DNA of 64,000 nt from Ignavibacteria bacterium (GCA_002869275.1 PKTF01000391.1:1630-65629); one strand, 5' to 3'; numbered from the stretch's first letter, positions 1 to 9,722 are shown. Notes: generated by a model from the letters alone, not told the origin. A program made the numbers and translations.

Positions 1-360
1 GTCGATGATTCCGTTCATCCGGTCGATAACGTTCCTGGCCACGCCCTTCGCATACGACACGTCTCCGGCCGACATGGAAGATCCGACGGCGATGATGATT
101 GTCAGTGAAAACGGCTGCGTCGGCTGAGGACAGGTGTAGGACAACGGTGCCTGTTCGAATCCGTCTTCGATGATGCGGAAATTCGTGCTGTCGAATCCTC
201 GCGTGATCACCCCGCTCATCCGGGTGACAACATTCACTTTGACCGTTGGAAACTCGTCGGTGAGCACCGAGTCAACGGAGATTTCGAGCTGCGCCATCGC
301 CGACGGAGCGGCCATGACCAACAACAGCAGCAATAGGGCAACACTCTTGAAACGCTTCAT
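1..360 (-). CDS. Partial CDS (first 120 codons; continues past the window start): secreted VWFA-related protein
   Basis: My own reverse-complement translation from the ATG at 360-358 is stop-free to position 1. It reads MKRFKSVALLLLLLVMAAPSAMAQ (signal peptide) ... NFRIIEDGFEQ ... FSLTIIIAVGSSMS, the layout of VWFA-related secreted proteins. It is absent from the ORF track because no stop lies in the window. Confidence 0.55.
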   Translation of the reverse strand, partial: MKRFKSVALLLLLLVMAAPSAMAQLEISVDSVLTDEFPTVKVNVVTRMSGVITRGFDSTNFRIIEDGFEQAPLSYTCPQPTQPFSLTIIIAVGSSMSAGDVSYAKGVARNVIDRMNGIID

Positions 361-462
361 GCATACATCCTTGGGAAAATTCATACACATCTGTGTCAAT
401 TAGTAAAAATACTCAACCCGCCGCCAATTTCAAGGAAGATAGATTGCGCAGATTTGCAGAGT

Positions 463-596
463 ATTACTCGGATGCCTCACCACCGATTACACTGATTACA
501 CAGAGGGCTTTATCAATTGGATGGGACTTGCAAGTCCCACCACCGCGGAAACCCTCTGTGTAATCTGCGTAATCGGTGGTGAGACATCCGAGTAAT
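463..596. repeat. 134-bp near-perfect inverted repeat (45-bp arms, 3 mismatches) with a nested perfect 18-bp palindrome
   Basis: The left arm 463-507 (ATTACTCGGATGCCTCACCACCGATTACACTGATTACACAGAGGG) matches the reverse complement of the right arm 552-596. The inner palindrome TGGGACTTGCAAGTCCCA lies at 522-539. The arms carry multiple GATTAC/GTAATC motifs. Confidence 0.9.
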
Positions 597-685
597 CTTC
601 TTCTAATCCGTGTAATCCCCGCGCTTGTGTACGGGCGGCAGGTTGGGTATTTTTCCCGCATACCTCAACCAGTATCGGATCCACC

Positions 686-1345
686 ATGATCAAACCAGAA
701 TCGCTGTTCTCAGAAGAAGACAAAAAACGCATCGCGGATGCCGTCAAGGAAGCAGAAAGCAAAACCTCGGGCGAAATCGTACCGTTCGTCGTCGGACAGT
801 CCGACAGCTACCCGGAAGCATGGCTGCGCGGCGCAAGCCTCGCGGGCTTTCTTGTGCTCTTTCTTTTCTCGGTCTTCCATCTCGGGACAGACTGGTGGAT
901 CCCCTTCGGCATTTCCGAAGTCGCCCTGATCACCATCGTGGCCTTCGGAATCGGCGGACTCGCCGGGCAGTTCATTCCCACACTCAGGCGGGGACTCATT
1001 CCCGACGCGATGGAACAGCAGCGTGTGGACGAACGGGCTGCACTCGCATTCCTCGATGAGGAAATCTTCAAGACACGCGAACGCACCGGTATACTCATCT
1101 TCCTGTCACTCTTCGAACGTCGCGTATGCATCATCGGCGACGAGGGCATCAATAAACTGGTCAAGACGGAAGAGTGGGACGAGATCGTGCATATCATCGT
1201 GCAGTCGATGAAAAGCGGTGCTCCGGCCGACGGCATGCTCGAGGCAATCTGGAAATGCGGGCATCTGCTCGAACGCCAGGGTGTTGAGATTCGTCCCGAC
1301 GATACGGACGAACTCGACAACACCGTTCGCTTCAGCGACAAGTAG
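686..1345 (+). CDS. TPM-domain membrane protein
   Basis: 219-aa ORF. It has SGEIVPFVVGQSD N-terminally, central hydrophobic helices, and a C-terminal TRERTGILIFLSLFERRVCIIGDEGI block typical of TPM/COG3762 proteins. It is paired with a YgcG-like TPM gene immediately downstream. Confidence 0.7.
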   Translation: MIKPESLFSEEDKKRIADAVKEAESKTSGEIVPFVVGQSDSYPEAWLRGASLAGFLVLFLFSVFHLGTDWWIPFGISEVALITIVAFGIGGLAGQFIPTLRRGLIPDAMEQQRVDERAALAFLDEEIFKTRERTGILIFLSLFERRVCIIGDEGINKLVKTEEWDEIVHIIVQSMKSGAPADGMLEAIWKCGHLLERQGVEIRPDDTDELDNTVRFSDK

Positions 1346-1354
1346 GAGGGACAC

Positions 1355-2287
1355 ATGAAACGCATTGCCGGTATTGTTTCAACCGCCCTGCTGCTGTGTA
1401 TCACGGCAGCCTGGGCTCTCGATGTCCCGTACCTCTCCGGACATATCAACGACAACGCCCATCTGCTCAGTCCCGAAGCCGTCAACGAACTCGAGCAGAT
1501 GCTGACAGCATACGAAGACAGCACGACCAACCAGATCGTGCTGCTGACTATCGAATCACTGGAAGGCGAGATCCTGGAAGATTACACCCTGCGTGTCGCC
1601 GAAACCTGGAAACTCGGGCAAAAGGACGTCGACAACGGTGTGCTGCTGCTGATCGCACGCGACGACAGAAAAATGCGCATCGAGGTCGGCTACGGGCTCG
1701 AACCCTCGGTAACCGACGCCGCGTCTTCCTACATCATCAACAGCATCATCCGCCCTCTTTTCAAGCAGGGTGAATTCGAGGACGGAATCCGTGAAGGCCT
1801 GAAGGCCCTCATTATGGCAGCTGACGGCAACTTGACGGACGAGGTCGCAAGTGCCGGAGACGATGATACCATCGGACTCATTTTCTTCTCACTGTTCTGG
1901 CTGCTGATTGTCGGTATCTTTACCCTGGTCGGTCTCTTCACCGAAGGCTGCATGGGATGGTTCTTCTACGCCTTCCTCACACCCTTCTATGCCGTTCCTG
2001 CAGCGCTGCTGACCATCGGCGGCATTCCGATCGGTGCCATGATCTTCCTCGTTTTCATCATCGGCTACCCGATACTGAAACTCACCCTGCCGAAAACAGA
2101 GGTCGGGAAAAAGTGGGGCAAATCCATCGGTAAGATGAGCAAATCCCGCGGCGGAAGCCGGGGCAGCGGTTCAGGCTGGATATCCTCCGGTGGCGGCTGG
2201 TCCAGCGGCGGCGGTTTCTCCTCCGGCGGAGGTTTCAGCGGCGGAGGCGGCAGCTTCGGTGGCGGCGGTTCTTCCGGCGGCTGGTAA
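1355..2287 (+). CDS. TPM-domain protein (YgcG-like) with a Gly/Ser-rich C-terminal tail
   Basis: AGGAGG lies upstream of the ATG and a signal peptide is present. The TPM core reads HINDNAHLLSPEAVNELEQML...NQIVLLTIESL...GVLLLIARDDRKMRIEVGYGLE. TM helices follow, then a GGGWSSGGGFSSGGGFSGGGG tail. Confidence 0.85.
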   Translation: MKRIAGIVSTALLLCITAAWALDVPYLSGHINDNAHLLSPEAVNELEQMLTAYEDSTTNQIVLLTIESLEGEILEDYTLRVAETWKLGQKDVDNGVLLLIARDDRKMRIEVGYGLEPSVTDAASSYIINSIIRPLFKQGEFEDGIREGLKALIMAADGNLTDEVASAGDDDTIGLIFFSLFWLLIVGIFTLVGLFTEGCMGWFFYAFLTPFYAVPAALLTIGGIPIGAMIFLVFIIGYPILKLTLPKTEVGKKWGKSIGKMSKSRGGSRGSGSGWISSGGGWSSGGGFSSGGGFSGGGGSFGGGGSSGGW

Positions 2288-2321
2288 TCCATTCAGAGCA
2301 TACTGCGTACGTCATAGAGCA

Positions 2322-2360
2322 CAAACAAAAACGGCCCCACATGGGGGCCGTTTTTGTTTG
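2322..2360. terminator. Bidirectional intrinsic terminator between the convergent TPM gene and groEL
   Basis: Stem CAAACAAAAACGGCCCC / GGGGCCGTTTTTGTTTG. A/T runs sit on both sides, so either strand reads a GC stem followed by a U-tract. Confidence 0.85.
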
Positions 2361-2371
2361 CTTGCGCGATA

Positions 2372-4027
<1,656 letters not shown>

Positions 4028-4054
4028 CTATGAAATTGGATTGTTCAAATTCGC

Positions 4055-4348
4055 TTAGTCGATGATCGCGAAGATGTCGTTCTCACGCATGATGAGAAAA
4101 TCTTCGCCACCGGATGCCACTTCGGTGCCGGAATACTTTCCGTACAGCACCTTGTCGCCAACCTTGACTTCCATGGCGACCTGCTTGCCGTCATCAGCCG
4201 TCTTACCAGGACCGACTGCAACGATTTCACCCTGCATGGGCTTCTCTTTCGCGGAATCAGGGATGTAAAGACCACCCGCGGTCTTCTCTTCTGCTTCGAG
4301 GGGACGAACAATGACGCGATCCGCCAGAGGTTTCAGATTGATTGCCAT
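4055..4348 (-). CDS. groS: Co-chaperonin GroES
   Basis: [48 protein letters not shown]... I chose the internal ATG at 4348, which is preceded by GGAGGAAAC. The ORF-track start at 4411 would read through the CIRCE operator. Confidence 0.95.
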   Translation of the reverse strand: MAINLKPLADRVIVRPLEAEEKTAGGLYIPDSAKEKPMQGEIVAVGPGKTADDGKQVAMEVKVGDKVLYGKYSGTEVASGGEDFLIMRENDIFAIID

Positions 4349-4400
4349 AACAGTGTTTCCTCCAAAAAAATCCGGAATTGATATAGTGGTAATGGAATTA

Positions 4401-4427
4401 TTAGCACTCACCTTTGTAGAGTGCTAA
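4401..4427. promoter_or_regulatory. CIRCE operator (HrcA binding site) upstream of groES-groEL
   Basis: TTAGCACTC-N9-GAGTGCTAA is a perfect match to the CIRCE consensus. It lies 53 nt upstream of the groES start. Confidence 0.95.
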
Positions 4428-4454
4428 CATAATAATCCGGAAAGCGAAAGTCAA
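4426..4454 (-). promoter_or_regulatory. Putative sigma70-type promoter of groESL
   Basis: The minus strand reads TTGACT-17 nt-TATGTT. The -10 element abuts/overlaps the CIRCE element, which is the classic HrcA-repressed arrangement. Confidence 0.45.
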
Positions 4455-4510
4455 GACCTCGCTTTGTAAGACTTTTGTTAGCAACTACTTAGCTTATCAA
4501 TTCCCGACCC

Positions 4511-4645
4511 CGGATTACGCATTACACATGACGCGTTACGAAATACCAACTGCGAATCCCTCGTATCCACGCTCCAGCATGGAAACCACCGATGGTACTC
4601 CTACCGCATTCAGCATACGGCATACTGCATACGGCTTACGGCATA
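4511..4645. repeat. Intergenic copy of a dispersed short-repeat family (GATTACGCATTACACA; CATACGGCATA-type motifs)
   Basis: 4514-4529 GATTACGCATTACACA resembles the arm of the 463-596 palindrome. 4611-4645 is CAGCATACGGCATACTGCATACGGCTTACGGCATA. Its reverse complement shares AGTATGCCGTATGCT with 10286-10300 and TATGCCGTAAGCC with 9486-9498. Confidence 0.75.
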
Positions 4646-4708
4646 AACCCTTCCATATCAACAATATATCAGGAAGTTAATGCACCCTAAAATAAAAGTT
4701 AATACGCC

Positions 4709-5350
4709 CTAAATTGGACGGAAGAGCAAAAGGACGCCGTCAGAGAAGGAAATCTCGAATGCATCTCCCGTCGCCTCGTTGCAGGTGCCCTCACGCAGCC
4801 CCGCTTCCAGGGTTTCGCCCTTGAGCGGATAACGCAATCCCTGATATACGACATCATGGGCGGGCGCCAGCGGAACCACACTGATGCGATCTCCGGCCTT
4901 GCTTGTGAAACGTCCTCCCTCCGTGAGTACATCCATGCGAAAGTTCTCGTCGAAAAGGACGATGCTGAAATCCCGGATATACCTGAGAAGAATCGAAAAG
5001 TTGCCGAGTGTATGATCGAGCAGCTTGCCCGTGACGCCCGTGATAACCAGATGTTTCGTGCCTCTCTGGCGCAGGAGCAGCAGGGCCTTTTCGAAATCCG
5101 TGTCGTCCTGCCGCGTAAGATGCAGCATTTCCACACCGTGTTGTTCGCAATACCGGCGCGTTTCCTCCGTCATGGAATCGAAGTCGCCGATGACTGTTCG
5201 CGGTACGATCTCGAGAGCGGCAGCGGCGTTCGCCCCTCCATCCGCGCAAACAACGGACTCCGCCCGCTCCGCCAGTATGTTCAGAACTTCGGGCGCGGCG
5301 ATTTCGCCGTTGCACACCAACAGATCGTACGATTGCGGCAGCTGCATCAT
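4709..5350 (-). CDS. thiN: Thiamine pyrophosphokinase
   Basis: 213 aa. It shows DLLVCNGE, VVCADGGAN, VIGDFDS and QDDTDFEKAL, followed by a C-terminal thiamine-binding beta domain. This is the typical TPK layout. Confidence 0.8.
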   Translation of the reverse strand: MMQLPQSYDLLVCNGEIAAPEVLNILAERAESVVCADGGANAAAALEIVPRTVIGDFDSMTEETRRYCEQHGVEMLHLTRQDDTDFEKALLLLRQRGTKHLVITGVTGKLLDHTLGNFSILLRYIRDFSIVLFDENFRMDVLTEGGRFTSKAGDRISVVPLAPAHDVVYQGLRYPLKGETLEAGLREGTCNEATGDAFEISFSDGVLLLFRPI

Positions 5351-5420
5351 GACCTCCGTAATAAAGGCAGTGCCCCGGATAACTCCGGGGCGTGCCGGAT
5401 GGTGCCAGACGGTTCGTCTC

Positions 5421-7862
5421 TCAGAGATTCAAAACAAGATCAACGAAGAAGTTGCGCTCGGCTGCGACGAAGAACTGGTTGCCTTCCCCGCTCTGCGCGT
5501 AGAGCCGGTCGAGTATGTTGTTGACCGTCAGTCGAAGGTCCACCGAACGCAGACCCATCACAGGCGGAGTACGATAGCCGATCGATGCGTTCAGCACCGA
5601 ATACGGGTCCACGCGGTTCTCGGGATTCTCGTAATTATCGGTGTACTGCTCGCCCACATACTTGAGCGTGAGTACGCCCGTGATGCCGCTTTCGCGCCAG
5701 CGCAGCTTGACATTCGCGAGCTGCTCGGGGAAACCGGCGATGCGGTTGCCGTCGAGCGACGTGGCAACGGAATTGCCGTCGTCATCGGTATCGTACACGG
5801 TGTAGGATTCGAGTCGGCTGCGGCTGAGCAGACCGTTGACCTCCACGGCCAGACTGCGCAGCAGCTGGTACTGCGCGACAAGCTCCATGCCCATGTGCAA
5901 GGTCTGATCGGCGTTGCCGGTGATCGGCTGTCCGAAGCGGTCAAGCCCGCCGCTCTTGACGATCTCATCCTCAAAATCCATCACATAGGCGTTCAACAGA
6001 ACGCGGTGACGGTCACCCACGAATCCGGCACCCAACTCGAAGTTGAGCAGTTTCTCAGGCCGCACGTACGGGTTGTCGAAATCATAGCTTCCGTCGGCGT
6101 TCTGGGCAAACTGCGGTGTAGTGCCGCCGCTGGATTCCGCTGCGTCGTACAGGTTCTTCAGGCGCGGCTCGCGATGCGTGTACGACACGTTCCCGTAGAG
6201 ATTCCATGCATCATTGATATTGAAGTTGACGCCGAGACGGGGATTGATGAAATGATAATCGTGGTCGAATTCCGTCCCGACATATTTCTCATCGAACAGC
6301 GAATACCGGTTGAACACGTACTGCAGGTTGCCCATCACGTTGATACGGTCGGTGAGGCTGTACTGCTCCTGCACATACGCCGCGGCAATATCCTTACCGC
6401 CCCTGTATTCGTAGTAACGGCGGTGGGGGTCGAGTCCTGTCGGCAGTCCCTCGGCCCATTGAATGCGGCCCCAGTGCTCCGAACGGTGACGCCGCAGCTC
6501 GAGTCCGGCGGTAAATGATCCGCCGTCGTGCGCGTACGTCATTCGCGGCAGCCAGCCCACCTGGCGATTATCCACGTACGCGCGGATGATGGGGTTTGCC
6601 GGATCGCCGACATTCTCGAAACCGAATTCCGGTGTAAGCCTGTAGTACGCGGCATCGGTCCACCCGGTGCCGTCATAATCGAAATACCCCTGCCCAATCA
6701 CATAGAACAGCGCGCTGTTGAATGTCAGGCTCTCGCTGGCCTTCCATTCATTCAGCATCTCGAAATGCGGCTGGCTGAACTGCTCATGTTCCTGCTTCCG
6801 GCGCTCCGACGTCCAGGTATATTCCCCGTCGGCCGCTTCCCAGTAATTGTAATTCTTTCGGCGCTCGTCACGGTCCTCGATAGCGAAGCGTGGGAGGCCG
6901 TAATACACCAGCCCATCTTCCAGCGGTCCGCCATAGATGTTCAGCCTGGTAGTCACGTCCTCGTCGTAGCGCGTCGCGGCCACGTAATAGGAACTGGCTT
7001 TCGTATACGAATGATCGCGATAGCCGTCGGTGCTCATGCGTGAAAAGCGTCCGAAAAAGGTGTAGGTGTCGTCAACCAGGCCCGAACCTACGGCGAGAGC
7101 GTAGCGCTGCGTATTGTAGCTTCCGGCGCCGGTGCTGATACTCACGCCCTTGCGGTTCGCGAAGTCGCCGGTGACGATGTTGATCGATCCGCCGATGGCA
7201 GGCGGACCATAAAACGCGCTTCCCGCGCCGCGCTGCACCTGGATGTTGTCGGTATTGCCGAGAAGGTCCACGAGATCGATCCAGTACACGTTGTGATCTT
7301 CCGGGTCGTTCTGCGGCACACCGTTGACCATCACGGCCAGGCGCCGCTGGTCGAAGCCGCGGATGCGCAGATAGTTGTAGCCGATGCCGTGTCCGCTCTC
7401 GGAATAGAAGGTCACCGAGGGAAGGTCCGCAAGCATCACAGGGATATCCTGCATGTAATACTCGCTCTCGATGTCCTCGCGGTCGATATCCGAAAAGGTG
7501 ACCGGGGAAAATCGCTCACGCGCCCTCATGGCCGAGATTTCGATCTCGGGTCCGGGCATGGCGACCGCATGCATCTCCACGGCAACAAACACATCGGCGT
7601 GGCCGAGTTGGACTTTCCGTTCGACGGTTTCATAGCCGACAAAGCTGACACGCAGGACGTAGGATCCCTCGGAAAGGTTGTCAAACTCAAAATGGCCCGA
7701 GCGGTCGGCTGCCATGCCCATGTTGCCATGCAGCAGCTGTACGCTGGCGAGAGGAAGTGGTGAGGAAGTACGCGCGTCGCGTACGGTTCCAACAATGGAT
7801 TGCGCGAAAGCGCCCTGGACGGTTACTGTGACGGCCAGGGCGAGTAACCAGAAATACCTCAT
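5421..7862 (-). CDS. TonB-dependent outer-membrane receptor (CarboxypepD_reg + plug + barrel), thiamine-regulated
   Basis: 813 aa with signal peptide MRYFWLLALAVTVTVQGAFAQ. SIVGTVRDARTSSPLPLASVQLL marks the CarboxypepD_reg domain, and a plug and long beta-barrel follow. AAGGAG lies before the ATG and a TPP riboswitch sits in the leader. Confidence 0.9.
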   Translation of the reverse strand: MRYFWLLALAVTVTVQGAFAQSIVGTVRDARTSSPLPLASVQLLHGNMGMAADRSGHFEFDNLSEGSYVLRVSFVGYETVERKVQLGHADVFVAVEMHAVAMPGPEIEISAMRARERFSPVTFSDIDREDIESEYYMQDIPVMLADLPSVTFYSESGHGIGYNYLRIRGFDQRRLAVMVNGVPQNDPEDHNVYWIDLVDLLGNTDNIQVQRGAGSAFYGPPAIGGSINIVTGDFANRKGVSISTGAGSYNTQRYALAVGSGLVDDTYTFFGRFSRMSTDGYRDHSYTKASSYYVAATRYDEDVTTRLNIYGGPLEDGLVYYGLPRFAIEDRDERRKNYNYWEAADGEYTWTSERRKQEHEQFSQPHFEMLNEWKASESLTFNSALFYVIGQGYFDYDGTGWTDAAYYRLTPEFGFENVGDPANPIIRAYVDNRQVGWLPRMTYAHDGGSFTAGLELRRHRSEHWGRIQWAEGLPTGLDPHRRYYEYRGGKDIAAAYVQEQYSLTDRINVMGNLQYVFNRYSLFDEKYVGTEFDHDYHFINPRLGVNFNINDAWNLYGNVSYTHREPRLKNLYDAAESSGGTTPQFAQNADGSYDFDNPYVRPEKLLNFELGAGFVGDRHRVLLNAYVMDFEDEIVKSGGLDRFGQPITGNADQTLHMGMELVAQYQLLRSLAVEVNGLLSRSRLESYTVYDTDDDGNSVATSLDGNRIAGFPEQLANVKLRWRESGITGVLTLKYVGEQYTDNYENPENRVDPYSVLNASIGYRTPPVMGLRSVDLRLTVNNILDRLYAQSGEGNQFFVAAERNFFVDLVLNL

Positions 7863-7924
7863 GAGAGAACTCCTTATAGGTGGTGGTTCTGGAACTCGAC
7901 CCTTGCACGGCTCGAAGAGGAAAG

Positions 7925-7960
7925 AAAAAACCGTTGACCCTGCAGAAGCAGAACAACGGT
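7925..7960 (-). terminator. Riboswitch expression-platform terminator (attenuator)
   Basis: The minus strand reads ACCGTTG-TTCTGCTTCTGCAGGGT-CAACGGT followed by TTTTTT. It sits directly 3' of the TPP aptamer and about 60 nt before the receptor ATG. Confidence 0.75.
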
Positions 7961-7964
7961 GTGG

Positions 7965-8060
7965 GAAACTTCCTTCCCTACGCCGGCATTATCCGGGTCA
8001 GGTTCGACGGGTATGTTCTCAGCGGCCCTTTTTTCGGCGGGTCGCACCCCGAGTACCCCT
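7965..8060 (-). promoter_or_regulatory. TPP (THI-box) riboswitch aptamer
   Basis: The minus strand reads ACUCGGGGUGCGACCCGCCGAAAAAAGGGCCGCUGAGAACAUACCCGUCGAACCUGACCCGGAUAAUGCCGGCGUAGGGAAGGAAG. The conserved blocks are all present: CUCGGGGUGC, GCUGAGA, ACCCGU, ACCUGA, GGAUAAUGCC, GCGUAGGGAAG. Confidence 0.95.
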
Positions 8061-8144
8061 AACTTACACTTTCTGGGCCAATCAGGCAACGCGGGCGTGC
8101 TGACTGCATTGCTTCGCATATCCGCATGGCGGTATTTTGCATGC

Positions 8145-9503
8145 ATGAAAAAACGCATCATCTCCGCATTCGCCCTTACCGTAATCCTGTGCATGCCTCT
8201 CGCCGGCCAGGACTACCTTCCGCAATTCGAGACCATGGCACTTCCCAACGGTCTCGCCGTCACGCTGCACCGCGACAGCACGGTGTCCTTCGTATCGCTG
8301 AACATGTCCTACCGCGCAGGATCTTCGCGCGATCCCGAGGGCAAAACCGGCGTCGCGAATATCGCCGGCGAGTCGCTGCTCACCGGCACGAAGTTATTTC
8401 CGCGCGAGGAGCTGATCCGGCTTCGCACCGAGGAAGACGTATCCATCAGAGCGCAGACCACGGTGGACTGGTGTTCCATCGCGTCGGTGTTCCCGGCGAA
8501 TCAGCTCGAGCTGGCGTTGATGATCGAAGCTGACCGGTTGAAACACGCCGAGAATACAGCAACCGTGGAAGTCTTCGATGCGATTGTCGCGGTACTGAAA
8601 CGCGAGCATGATCGGCGTGCCCGCAAGCCGCTCGCGAGCCTTCGGCAGCAGATCTACGACGAGTTGTACTCCGAGGGCCATCCGTATCGCCACAGTACCA
8701 TCGGCTACGCGGCCGACCTCGAGAAACTGAGCGTCAAGGATGTGCGGACGTTCCTCAAGCGGTACATGTCACCCTCGAACGCATGCCTCACGATCAGCGG
8801 CAACTTCGATCCCGAACGGATCACGGCCCTGGTCCAGGGCGCATTCAGCGACATTCCTGCCGGCGTGGTCTCACGCTGGAAAACACTGCCTGATGAATTC
8901 TCACCTTACGGACAGGCCGCCTTCATCCGCGAAGACAGGATCGAGTACAATCAATTACATCTCATTTTCCCTTCCGTCCGCCTGGGTCACACAGACGATG
9001 CCGCGCTGAAAGCCCTGGCCGCGGTGCTCAACGCTTCGCAGTACGCCATACTTCGACAGAGGATAGTCGACGCCAATCCCCTCGTCGTCAACGCCGAGGT
9101 ATATCAGAGTGCGCAGGAAATCGGCGGTAATTTCTGGATTTCCGTCACCGTGAAGCCCGAGATGAAGCTGCAGGTACTCTACGACCAGGTCATGCGTCTG
9201 CTGACCTCTCTTGCGGAAGAAGGCGTGACGGAGGAAGAGGTACTGGTCGCGCGCAACCACTCCGCTCTCGACTTCTACACTCCGCTCGAGGCCGTGTACA
9301 GCTTCGGCGGACGCGGAGACCTCCTGAACCTCGGAATGCTTTATGCCGACGATCCCCTCTTTCATTTCGACCTCTTCCACCTGCAGCAGGGGGCCACGTC
9401 AGCAAGCCTCCGACGTGCCGCCGCCCGTTACCTCACCGCGAAAAATCAGCTGGTCGTCAGCTGCGTCCCCATGGGCAAGACAGAGTATGCCGTAAGCCCG
9501 TAG
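8145..9503 (+). CDS. M16 (insulinase/pitrilysin) family protein, apparently non-catalytic
   Basis: I chose the start at MKKRIISAFALTVILCMPLAGQ (signal peptide). The M16 fold shows LPNGLAVTLHRD...MSYRAGSSRDPEGKTG. The HxxEH position reads NIAGE. The longer ORF-track start at 7959 would overlap the riboswitch. Confidence 0.75.
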   Translation: MKKRIISAFALTVILCMPLAGQDYLPQFETMALPNGLAVTLHRDSTVSFVSLNMSYRAGSSRDPEGKTGVANIAGESLLTGTKLFPREELIRLRTEEDVSIRAQTTVDWCSIASVFPANQLELALMIEADRLKHAENTATVEVFDAIVAVLKREHDRRARKPLASLRQQIYDELYSEGHPYRHSTIGYAADLEKLSVKDVRTFLKRYMSPSNACLTISGNFDPERITALVQGAFSDIPAGVVSRWKTLPDEFSPYGQAAFIREDRIEYNQLHLIFPSVRLGHTDDAALKALAAVLNASQYAILRQRIVDANPLVVNAEVYQSAQEIGGNFWISVTVKPEMKLQVLYDQVMRLLTSLAEEGVTEEEVLVARNHSALDFYTPLEAVYSFGGRGDLLNLGMLYADDPLFHFDLFHLQQGATSASLRRAAARYLTAKNQLVVSCVPMGKTEYAVSP

Positions 9504-9546
9504 GGTTGCCATATGCCGTCTTCTGCCGTACGCCCCATACGGCATA
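9484..9546. repeat. Copy of the ATGCCGTA-type dispersed repeat, overlapping the last codons of the M16 gene
   Basis: AGTATGCCGTAAGCCCGTAGGGTTGCCATATGCCGTCTTCTGCCGTACGCCCCATACGGCATA. It contains the motif in both orientations, and the M16 stop codon lies inside it. Confidence 0.7.
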
Positions 9547-9628
9547 AATGTGAAATCCATTCACAAGTCGTCCCTCATTTTCACAGGGACGAAATTATCT
9601 CCTTTTGAAAACAGCCTGTATTGCGTAG

Positions 9629-9651
9629 AAACCATGTTTGGCATGGTTTTT
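9629..9651 (+). terminator. Weak candidate terminator downstream of the M16 gene
   Basis: AAACCATG-TTTGG-CATGGTTT followed by TTT. The stem is AT-rich, so the call is weak. Confidence 0.3.
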
Positions 9652-9722
9652 ACATGTATATGGGCAGAACATGATGAACCGCCGAGGCGCGCCGGCGGGC
9701 AGTATACAAAGGAGATAAGAAG

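Noticed and set aside
170-403. 77-aa plus-strand ORF at the window start
   Set aside because: It is antisense to the stop-free, signal-peptide-bearing partial CDS on the minus strand (1-360), which has a far more protein-like sequence.
4349-4411. 21-codon N-terminal extension of groES
   Set aside because: It would place the start codon inside the CIRCE operator. The canonical MAINLKPL start has a GGAGG site upstream and gives the standard 97-aa GroES.
5025-6518. 497-aa plus-strand ORF inside the thiamine-regulated TonB receptor gene. Similar shadow ORFs lie at 10363-11964, 14350-15495, 19354-20445, 21633-22661, 25379-26446, 29514-30332, 39747-40925 and 48681-49745.
   Set aside because: All lie antisense to genes with strong family signatures. 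They have Arg/Gly/Asp/His-rich composition typical of the reverse frame of GC-rich coding DNA, and they lack ribosome-binding sites and recognisable domains.
7959-8144. N-terminal 62-codon extension of the M16 ORF as given in the ORF track
   Set aside because: The extension overlaps the TPP riboswitch on the opposite strand and has no signal peptide. The internal start MKKRIISAFALTVILCMPLAGQ gives a normal signal peptide.
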